From: Eledone cirrhosa
Taxonomy: Eukaryota
Reading direction: 5' to 3'
NCBI GenBank assembly: GCA_964016885.1
Contig: OZ024747.1
Coordinates: forward strand, 2,852,001 to 2,916,000
Length of the DNA: 64,000 nucleotides
Part shown: positions 53,501 through 64,000 of the stretch, piece by piece
Layout: each line of letters begins with the position of its first letter
Numbering within the stretch: position 1 is the stretch's first letter
Made by a program: the position numbers and the translations under genes
Notes under the pieces: generated by a model
Told to the model about the DNA's origin: nothing
Databases searched by the model: none
What the model saw: only the letters and a program-made list of their open reading frames with translations

Positions 53501-55240
53501 CTGTAAAAACTTATATACATTCATAGATATTTTTGCACATTTTTAATAGATTTTATTTCAATATTTTCTCATCAATTGACAGAGTTAGTTTACTCACACA
53601 AATATTCCCTTAATGAATGTATATTTTCACTTAAACAAATATAGAAAATTCTGACTCATTTTGTAATTCTACATTAGAAACGTAAAAGCCAGTATTAAAC
53701 ACAAGAATGTTTTAACCAAATATTCTAGAAGTACATCAAATGTCTAATATTTCTAAATCAGAACATAAACCTACGAATACTAGGCTTTTATTTCCCTCAT
53801 ACTCACGGAACATTTTACATTTCATTTGCTTACCTCCTCTTTTAGTAAATAAAAACAAGTAACATTTTTAAGCCTTGAAAAATTGAAACTTTTATTTTTA
53901 TATTTTTTCCTTACTCCATTCCTCTCTCAGTTTCACTATAAATTACTCTCCATCATTCACTCTCATCTCTCCATCATTCACTCTCTCTCCCCAACAAACA
54001 TATAGCCGCCATCAATGTCTCTCTTTCATTACTACTACACTACTTCAATTACTGTTTTAACCATCAAACTCTAGTTTATTTCACCAAATATCTTAGTTCT
54101 TCTATTATTGCTCTCACTATTTTGGTCTTTTGAAATAATGGAAGGGACAGAGTAGTGTTGTTGCCATAAGAAAATATATCTGTAAATATATCTGTAAATT
54201 AGTTGATGAATTAGAGACAACATATGATTGGGAGGTCTCTTTAGTGTTGCGAAAAACTCGATAATATCCCTAGTGCTAGTACCATAATAAAACCCACCAA
54301 GTACACTGTGGAAAGTGGTTGATGTTAGGAAAGGAACCTGATTATATAAGCCATAGAAAAATGGAATGTATGAGTACAATATAGTCCTCTGGTCTGTCTA
54401 ATAGGACAATAGCTCTATTGTGAAATATAACACCCCATAATGTGGAATATGCCAGTATGGAAAGTGGATGTAAAAATATGTAGATTGCTGCTTCAAAAAG
54501 TCTCAATGCAGTCCATGCCAGGCAACGATGATGATGATAATATATCTATAGGAAGAGATTAATTACAAAATAATTGCTTTATTGATAAATGTACTCTCTG
54601 TTGAATTATAATAAGCATTTAATATTATTTTGTTATATATATGATGTAAACTTTAATTTAATGTCTAATAAGTTACTACTTTCCTACTCTTAATTGAAAC
54701 ACATGCATGATGTAAACTTTGCTTTTGATGTCTTTAGAACTAATTAAAAATACAATCAAGCATATACATTATTCACGATGAATTGAAAATGTATTAAGAA
54801 TTTAATATCAATTGGTGTGATATTTGAATTCAATATGTTCTGAATCTACGATAATGTTTAATATCAGTTGGCAGAATGTAAGAAATTAATATTTTTCTTG
54901 TCATAAGAAAAATTACTATTTTGAAGACAGAAAATCAATGTATAATTATTATTTGTTAAACATTTAATAAACATCTGTGAATAATAATAATAATTGTTTC
55001 TATATTTGGCACAAGGCTAGCAATTTAATAGGAAAAGGAAAAGTCAATTAAATCAACCCCAGTGCATTACTGGTACTTAATTTGTTTGACTATATAAGGA
55101 TGAAAGACGAAACTAACCTTGAATAATAATAATAACAATAATAATAATAATTGTTTCTACGTTTGGCACAAGGCCAGCAATTACCCAATAATAATAACAA
55201 TAATAATAACAATAATAATAACAATAATAATAATAACAAT

Positions 55241-55516
55241 AATAGGAATGATACCTAAGGGGTCTAATGATTACTTAACGCAAATCCCAGGAAACCCGTG
55301 TATAGGAGAAATACAAAAGATAGTACTAATGGGAACTGCCCATATACTAAGGAAGATTCTGTCAATATAAGTACATCACAAGTCTAAACACCTAAAGATG
55401 CATGTGTGTGCATGTATGTTCTTTCTTGAACATGGCGGACCTTGTTGTCTCTTGAGGTCACTGGTTGTGACTTGGTGATAACTCGTATGAACATAAAGCA
55501 AGATAAATGCAACTGT
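55241..55516 (+). mobile_element. 5'-truncated R4/Dong-clade non-LTR retrotransposon in an (AAT)n tract
   Basis: C-terminus GMIPKG..YLTQIPG..IQKIVLMGTAHILRKILSI* plus ~145 nt 3' UTR; (AAT/AAC)n on both sides. Confidence 0.8.
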
Positions 55517-55870
55517 AATAATAACAATAATAATAATAATGGTTCTTGATTTAAGTATAAGGCCAACAATTTAGGGGGAGCAGAAAGTCGATGGCTGTAG
55601 CAATTTGTGCCCTCACCTGGACGTTTTAGTTTCAAGATGGTTAGAATGTTTTAATTTAATACCTGAATATATAACTTTTCCATTCCAATTATTTGTGCCA
55701 AGCTAACATTGATATGTAAAATCAGGGAGAGGGGTATATTCTAATTTTTGTGAAGTGCTCCGAGCCTTCATTGGTCTAAATCCAACCCTGGCACCAAGGG
55801 CTTTAAAAGTGTCCTCTCCCAGTTTCCTTCTTCCTGATTAAAAATAAGCATAGTTATAGTAAGGTCTATT

Positions 55871-56042
55871 CATCATCATCATCCTTTTACGTCCGCTTTT
55901 CCCTGCTTGCAAGGGTAGGATGGGTCCTATTCAGCACATCATCTCTCCACTTGTCACAGTCCTTCGTCATCTCCTCCGTGAGCTTCAGCAATCTGAGGTC
56001 TGCTCTCACCACCTCCGCCCATGTTTTTCGTGGTCTTCCTCC
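55871..56042 (-). mobile_element. RTE LINE 3' end with (GAT)n tail
   Basis: GRPRKTWAEVVRADLRLLKLTEEMTKDCDKWR. Copies at 26321-26460 (+) and 30773-30920 (-). Confidence 0.85.
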
Positions 56043-58637
56043 ATAATCGTTCTGCTCTCAGATATATTTTATTAAAAACACAAGAAGGTAGCAACTCCCT
56101 TTATACTCTCACCTTCCTCATCAAGTGATTCTCAAAGAAGTTGATGAGAGCTGGAAATGAAGATTCCTGTCTTCACACCTTTTAGACTTATCTACTGTAC
56201 TAGCTTCCATTGCCACACCTGCCAGGTAGAGGAAGATTTGCTGTGCCTCTCCAATTCTCATTATAGACCTGACTGTTAGCTGGATTTGTCCTAATAATAA
56301 TAATAACAATGTCAATAATGATAATAATAATGTTTTCTTATATAAGCTCAAGGCCAGGGGGGAGGGGAAAGTGGATTAAATCGACCCCAGTGTGTGACTG
56401 GTACTTTATTTTATCAACGGCGTAAGGATGAAAGGCAAAGTTAACCTCGGCGGGATTTGAACTCAGATCGTAAAGGACAGTAACTCTATGCTGCCAATCC
56501 ACCGCCCTACAATAATGATAATAACAATAACTACAGTGTCAGTATAATATCTCTCAGAGCAAAAGTGTTACAAATGATAATAATAATAATAATAATAATA
56601 ATGACGATGATGATGATGATGAATAATGATAATATTAACAATAACAACAACAACAATAATGGTAATAATATTAATAATAATGATAATGATGATGATGATG
56701 ATATTAATAACAACAATTATCTAATAATTCTTGATGAAAACTACAACAATATGTATTCGAAAGCTGTACTTATTCAGCACTTTTTAATGACAGTCAAGTT
56801 TAAACATTTCTTATTGAAACAAATGACTTTAATATACATTGCCTAAAGGCAAAAAACAGCAACAACAACAACAAAATAGAAAGCAGATAAAAAATAAATA
56901 AATAAAAACATATCATTTTATGACATTCAGTAGAAATTAAACATATAGTGATTCAAAGGAGAAATTCAATATCAAGTAGTGTAGAATGACTTACTACTTG
57001 CAGATGAAATGAAAACTTCAAAGAAAAAGAGCTCTATTGGTCTAGGTATTTTGTCAATTACTATATATATATTAATTATAAAATATCTTTTCACAAGAAA
57101 CGTACATCCAATAATCTAAAATTGGTATCACCATATAAAATAGAAATGTTAATATCTATTTTTACAGTTATTGCTGTGTGCTGAAGTATCTCGCAGTTGT
57201 TGTTATTATTGATGTTATTAAACACTAGGTCAATCCTGATTGAGAAAACGTATGATCAAAATTATTCCAGCCATGACCATCCCATTGTTTGAAGGATATG
57301 TTGGACTACATTATTTAATATGTCCTTACTTCATTTATTTAGATGTAAAATTGTAGGGTTTTTGTAGAGAAATATATTTCATCATCATCATCATTAATTT
57401 CATTTTAGTGTCCATCTTCTCTGCTAGTAAGGGTTGGATGGGTCTACATAGACCAAGTCAATACTGAAGTGGTGGCTACTGGTCTCCCAGACAAGCCAGG
57501 GATCTCTGTCTTGCTAATATATTTCTAAGTCTGTCTCAAGCCCGGAGGGTCATCAGACAGGTTCTTATCCCTCTTTTGGTGTTAAGCAACTGAGAGTACC
57601 AGACTCCTTCCTTGATAGGATGCTACTCCATCACAGGGTTAAGCCCCCAGAAATTGCTAGTACTCATTTTCAGTTGAGTATATTGGAGCAATGTGAAATG
57701 ACAGATAACCCAATCCATGAAATGAACCCACAGCATGATCATAAATAAGTTCAACACCTTACCACTAAATCATATATTTGCCTTATTATTTAAGACAGTA
57801 TGATGTGATTTGAAGGAGATTTGGTTACTATTTCTAGCAAGTCAAGCAACCACATAGCTACTCCCTTATAGTCTCTCTTCTGTCAGTCGTTATAGCATCA
57901 AGCAACTGAGAAATGTCTCTTCCTTTAAATACAATAACAGATTCTGAATATTTCAACTCAGCAGTGCCAAAAAATGTAGTTGCTTGACCAGTTAAATCTA
58001 CCTCAAAATACATCCTACCATATTAAGTAAAGAAATAGAATGATAAATAATAAATAAGGTGGCAGATTAGCAGAGTCATTAGAACGCCAGATAGAAAGCT
58101 TTGTGGTATTCATTGCAGCTCTCTGCACTCTGAATTTAAATCCAACTGAGGTCAACTTTGCCTTCTATCCTTTTGAGGTTGGTAAAAAAAAGTACCAGTC
58201 TAGTTCTGGGGTCAATTCTTCCTCTTTATCTCTTTCTATCCTTCTCTGGAATTGGGGATGGGCTCTACCAAGTTTGAAAAAAATGCCCTATGAAATACTG
58301 TATGTCAATATGGCACCCCTACAACTCCATAAGGAATTAAGGGACCATACCATACCACACATAAAGGTCAGAGTCTTTGTAGATTGCATGATCAGGGTAA
58401 ACCTGGGGATTAACTTTTAAATACATCAAATATACTGTTACCACAGCATTCAGTATTGATATATATATGGAGCTAAGACTACACTATAGTCTACATTTTT
58501 ATACATATATATACATATATATATATATAAGGACTAGCATCTGAAACGTTAAGACCCTCTTCCTGCTATATCAAGCATTAACCTAATATATCCTTCCATA
58601 TACTGTACCGATTGTGTTGTTATTTCTGTTTACCTTT

Positions 58638-58700
<63 letters not shown>

Positions 58701-58705
<5 letters not shown>

Positions 58706-58936
58706 GAGGTTATATTTAATTTGTTGGGATTCAACAAGCTTAAACAATTTTATAACTGATATAACTATCCAGGAAGCTCCAACCGTTAAGGTTGTCTTTT
58801 TTTCCGGGTATGTCAATATTTATTTATAAAACAAATCTGTATTTTATCTGATGAAAGCACACCATAATTTGCCTTGGTTGCCCTTGAAATATGTATAATA
58901 AAATAAATATGGTTTTATAAATATAGTTTCCATTTA

Positions 58937-58942
<6 letters not shown>
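58701..58942. mobile_element. Solo terminal fragment of a relative of the Naiad element, with hammerhead at 58840-58905 (+)
   Basis: TATTTTAT-CTGATGA-AAGC..CTT-GAAA-TATGTA-TA-ATAAAATA followed by AATATGGTTTTATAAATATAGTTTCCATTTATT (as at 9865-9900). 58701-58765 resembles 4421-4480 in opposite polarity. (TA)n on both sides. Confidence 0.78.
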
Positions 58943-59016
<74 letters not shown>

Positions 59017-59979
59017 CATTCACTCTTCTCAGCCATTACATTTCAGATTTGATATCACTACTTGGAACATTGTACAAATACTTCCTACTATAACATTGTC
59101 TTAATCTGGGTTTTATGAGTGATATTGGGTAGACAGAAATTGCCTAGAGACCCATCAGAATGACTCCACTTACAATTTGATATAATAATATATTGTCTTT
59201 TCTTAAATATACCTTTTATAGCCTGCAAGATGGATATCTTTAGAATATTGACACTTCCTATACTATTTAATCCATGGTGCCATAGCTTTCTAAATTGTAA
59301 ATCACCTGAATATAAACTTGACTTTATGATGGGTAACTTTGATGATATGAGAAATTGAGATTTCATTGCTATAACCACACTATTGATTACTTTACAAGAG
59401 TTTAATAACTTTAGAGATAATGTCAATTAGCAAAGTTATAAATTAATGTGTATAGGTGTAATATAGACATTTATTGCTTACCAATGTAATATAAGCAAAG
59501 AAAGGTAACAATTTTCATTGGTGAGTGTATTTTTGAAAGCCATTGATGGAAAATAAAAATTTTATGCCAAACTTAAATTCTAATAAAAGCAAGAAATTTT
59601 CAATGATTTTCATTGAAAAATATTTTCATTATTCCCCTCTACAAAATAGTCATAGAAAATAGTTTCAATTAAGCCAGAAAAATATTGATTTTAAAACCTT
59701 AATAGTTTGTCAACAACTCACTTTTCATGTGAAAATGCCTTGGGTTGTTGAGCTTCTTGTTTTTTTTATATATAATTCTAAAATAATAGTTATCTCAAAC
59801 ATAGTTAAATGTCTCCTTTTTTGTTAAAAAAAACATATACTAGTTTCTAGCACTTCTGTCTGTGGTTCCCAAACAAATAATTAAAATTCAAAGAAATAAC
59901 TAAAATAATAGATTCAATGAATAAATTTGAATAAGCTCATTGATTGTCTGGAACATTCTACAAGGAAACCCAGTAATAA

Positions 59980-60426
59980 TGGTGGTAGTGGTGGTGGTGG
60001 TGGTGGTGTGGTGGTAATGGTGGTGGTGGTAGTGGTGGTGTGGTGGTGGTGGTAGTGGTGGTGGTGGTGTGGTGGTAGTGGTGGTGGTGGTGTTGTGGTG
60101 GTGGTGGTTTGGTGGTAATGGTGGTAGTGGTGGTGGTAGTGGTGGTTGTGTGGTGGTAGTGGTGGTGGTGGTGTTGTGGTGGTGGTGGCGGTGGTGTGGT
60201 GGTGTGGTAGTAGTGGTGGTGGTGGTGGTGTGGTGGTAGTGGTGGTGGTGGTGGTGATGGTAGTTATTGTAGTAGTAGTAGTAGTCATAGTAGCAGCAGT
60301 AGTAGTAGTAGTGGTAGCACCTGTGGTAGTAGTAGTAGTAGCACCTGTGGTAGTAGTAGTAGTAGCACCTGTGGTAGTAGTAGTAGTAGCACCAGTAGTA
60401 GTAGTAGTAGTAGCAGTAGCAGCAGC

Positions 60427-60467
<41 letters not shown>

Positions 60468-60516
60468 CATTAGTAGTAGTAGTAGTAGTAGTAGTAGTAG
60501 CAGTAGCAGCAGCACC

Positions 60517-60554
<38 letters not shown>

Positions 60555-60562
60555 CATTAGTA
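59980..60562. repeat. Compound (GGT)n/(AGT)n microsatellite
   Basis: Direct reading. Confidence 0.95.
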
Positions 60563-60741
60563 GATACTTCAGCAACAACACCAATATTAATACTAGCAGT
60601 GATATATTTACCTTTAAAGACACCATAGGGTATTAAGTATTTCATAAGAATCTCTAATTTTTAGTTTTCAGTTTTGTTGATCTGACTAAATCTGTTATAG
60701 TAAGCTACTCTTTCTACTACCATTGTTACCATTGTGTAAGA

Positions 60742-60926
60742 GGGTGATAGATTGGTAGAATCGGTAGAGCATTGGACAACATGCTTGGTGACATAGAGTT
60801 ACGTCCCTTTTACATTCTGAGTTCAAATTCTGCTGGGGTTAACTTTGCTTTTCAAGGCCGATAAAATAAAGTACCAGTAATGTACTGGGTAATTGCTGGC
60901 CTTGTGCTAAAAGTAGAAACAATTAT
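60742..60926 (+). mobile_element. SINE family A with TSD ATTGTGTAAGA
   Basis: TSD at 60731-60741 and 60931-60941. Confidence 0.88.
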
Positions 60927-61279
60927 TACAATTGTGTAAGAATGAATGAGTGAGGGTAAGAGGGGTGGTAGAAAGGATAAGAGGGGGAGATGAGAGACTA
61001 AATATTTTGCTGTATTTTACTGTTTAGTCAGGGATGGAGGAGCAGTCCCCATCACTCTTTTCTCAGACCTCCAAGCCTGGTGGGGGAGGGGGTGAAGAGG
61101 AAGGTATTCTAAAACTGGAGACCCTGGTATAAATGTTTGCAACAGGATCGACTATGCTAAAGACACCCTTAGCGCCATGTGGTGGTGTTAAATTGTTTGT
61201 TAGATTATATCTACCACCAAAGTAGGCCACAGCAGGATTTGAACTCAGAACACAAACACCCAGAACAAATACAATAATG

Positions 61280-61914
61280 CATGCTGTCTGTTGTACTAAC
61301 AATCCTACCAATCTACCATGCTGTCTGTTGTACTAACAATCCTACCAATCTACCATGCTGTCTGTTGTACTAACAATCCTACCAATCTACCATGCTGTCT
61401 GTTGTACTAACAATCCTACCAATCTACCATGCTGTCTGTTGTACTAACAATCCTACCAATCTACCATGCTGTCTGTTGTACTAACAATCCTACCAATCTA
61501 CCATGCTGTCTGTTGTACTAACAATCCTACCAATCTACCATGCTGTCTGTTGTACTAACAATCCTACCAATCTACCATGCTGTCTGTTGTACTAACAATC
61601 CTACCAATCTACCATGCTGTCTGTTGTACTAACAATCCTACCAATCTACCATGCTGTCTGTTGTACTAACAATCCTACCAATCTACCATGCTGTCTGTTG
61701 TACTAACAATCCTACCAATCTACCATGCTGTCTGTTGTACTAACAATCCTACCAATCTACCATGCTGTCTGTTGTACTAACAATCCTACCAATCTACCAT
61801 GCTGTCTGTTGTACTAACAATCCTACCAATCTACCATGCTGTCTGTTGTACTAACAATCCTACCAATCTACCATGCTGTCTGTTGTACTAACAATCCTAC
61901 CAATCTACCATGCT
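61280..61914. repeat. 37-bp minisatellite (CATGCTGTCTGTTGTACTAACAATCCTACCAATCTAC), ~17 identical copies
   Basis: Direct reading; follows the SINE B-box complement GGATTTGAACTCAGAA at 61235. Confidence 0.95.
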
Positions 61915-62345
61915 AGGTTGGTACTTCTTTGTATCAACCCCAAGGCACAGAAAACAGCAACAAGTTGCCTTCTCTATTCTGTTTGCCGAGCCCACAGGGT
62001 GGCCAGTGCATGGACCCCCATTTGCTTATAATAGTGAGAGATGGGGAGAGAGACCCCCATTTGCTTATAATAGTGAGAGAGATGGGGCAGTGAGTGAAAA
62101 AAGAGAAAATATCACACCCTTGTTTACTTATTTATTTATTTGTATTTAGTATACTAGTTATGGAACAATGAAGTATATGTTGTAGCCCCATGTAGCACCT
62201 ATCACCACCCCCAGTAGCACAAAGTTTGTTCTCCTATCCTACACTGTAATGACTCTGCCTTAAGTTACACTATCTTATGTTCTAATAATGCTGGGGGTTG
62301 GAGGTAATATCAATTTTGTCTTGCACCCAACTTTGATAAAATAAT

Positions 62346-62532
62346 TGTTTCTACTTTTGGCACAAGGCCAGCAATTATCCCAGTGCATTACTGGTACTTT
62401 ATTTTATCGACCCCGTAAGGACGAAAGGCAAAGTTAACCTTGGCGGGATTTGAACTCAGAATGGCAAGGGCCGTAACTCTATGCATCAAAGCATGGCATC
62501 CGACCCTCTACCGATACTGCCAACCCACCGCC
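62346..62532 (-). mobile_element. SINE family A, full length with 15-bp TSD
   Basis: TSD CTTTGATAAAATAAT at 62331-62345 and 62533-62547. Confidence 0.92.
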
Positions 62533-64000
62533 CTTTGATAAAATAATACCAGTAATATATATAGGGCTTATACAATTGAATAACCTCCTTTCCTACAAAT
62601 GTGTGGCTTTGTGCCAAAGTTAAAAATCAATATTATTATATAGTTATGGCTTGTAAATTTCCTTTTAAAATCACTCCTACTATTTTATTGAATATTTTCT
62701 GATTTTAAGAACATTTCTTTTATTACTTATATTTTAGTAGCCATAAAAACCACCCAAAGTTAACATATGAATAACTTCTATTATAGCTGCCTTATAATCG
62801 TATCTGAACTGAATAGTAAAAAGCCTTAAAAATATTTAACAAAATATAAGGCCAATATAGTGTTGATGGCGTTGACTGTAACTGACACTAAATGTTACCA
62901 TTTTGGTAGGTCTGGGTTAAGAACCAATGCCCATGCCCTTTACTGGACCTCCAAAACCAATACCATTGATACTCTCCTTAAACTGTTATATGTCCACTCC
63001 TTTAAGAAAGACACAAGCAGGAATAAAGTTCCAGAGAGCTGACGTTTTGGGCAGGAATGACCATCAATTTTTGGTCATATAGTCCTTGGCTTATATACGA
63101 GTATGTATATGGTATGTTTCATAATCTGAAAGGTGATCATACTGGTGTCACAACAAAAAAAGCACTCTGTCCACCCTGTAAAGTGACAGGCATTAAGAAG
63201 AGCATCCAGCTGTAGAAAACCAAACCAAAACCTGAGCATATGAAAAAGTTGTGGTCACCTGAGTGGTCTGGTCATATAATGTTACAGCATGAAAAAATAG
63301 ACATTAAATGGTGAGGATGATGATGATGTTCTATAAGAGCTCCCTTTGTTCCAAGGTCTCCCATACTGTTCAAGCACATTTGGCCCCTAAAACTGATGAG
63401 GAGCAGTGTGCAACTAATTCAACAATCTCTAAGCAAGATTTAAAATTCAGCTTTGTAAGGGAAAAAAAAATAATGATCATTGGTTCCAGTCAGTGAGCTG
63501 GGGGGGGGGATCTTTGTTATCCTCAGAGCTGCATGTTACCTTATTCCATGTATTACAACACCATCATGGGTAGATAAGTGGGGCAACAGTTCAGACAACT
63601 TTCATGCTTTGTTCTCAGCTTGAAAGACCTGACATACACATATACTCTATTGTTACCAATGGAACATTTATCATACCATGCTTCATCTAGAACTTTCTTG
63701 TGAAGCAAACTTAAATAATCTTCCTTGACTACTCATGCATAAATTCCTCAAAACACAGCCCTATGTGACATACCAATACCAAAACCTTGTCTTGTCAAAC
63801 ATACTAACCATTAGGTGCATGGCCTAATGGTTAGTATGTTTGATGTACAATCATAGTGTCATTGGTTCAATTCTTGGACCAAATTCTGTGTTGTGTTCTT
63901 GGGCAGAACACTTTATTTCACATTACCCAGTACACTCAGCTGACAATGAGTACTAGCTTTAATTGGAGAGTTAATCCTGGGATAGACCAGTGTCCTATCT

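Noticed and set aside
59050-59430. 112-aa ORF as a host exon; likewise 40287-40580
   Set aside because: No recognisable domain or convincing splice pair. Other frames at 59050-59430 hint at a decayed LINE endonuclease (DIHLAGYKR, NVIVGSI).
61280-61914. CRISPR-like 37-bp repeats
   Set aside because: Head-to-tail with no spacers, SINE-derived, eukaryotic context.
62013-62088. Two-copy ~40-bp duplication with a CCCCAT/ATGGGG hairpin
   Set aside because: Simple local duplication with no further support for function.

Overview
AT-rich animal genomic DNA, almost entirely intronic/intergenic and full of (TA)n, (CAT)n, (AAT)n and (CTA)n microsatellites. The SINE families look like those of an octopod/coleoid cephalopod (inference from remembered repeat families, not a database result). 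The main element is a 5'-truncated Penelope-like retroelement (PLE) of the Naiad type (RT + C-terminal GIY-YIG; ORF 6101-7816, minus strand). It sits in a (TA)n tract, and its 3' 2092 bp are duplicated as an apparently perfect inverted copy (4509-6600 / 7817-9908); each arm ends in a hammerhead ribozyme (HHR). About 15 further type I HHR motifs or remnants from several small PLE-derived families occur across the window, nearly all embedded in (TA)n. Many show the same tail-outward inverted architecture, two fold back exactly at the predicted ribozyme stem II loop, and one family has an unusually long stem II. Also present: three SINE families, RTE/CR1/Dong-R4 LINE fragments, two MITE-like fold-backs, two minisatellites born inside SINEs, a 41-kb-distant inverted duplication, and a few probable host exons. 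Nearly all short ORFs in the supplied track are microsatellite artefacts. Structures were folded by eye; no searches were run.
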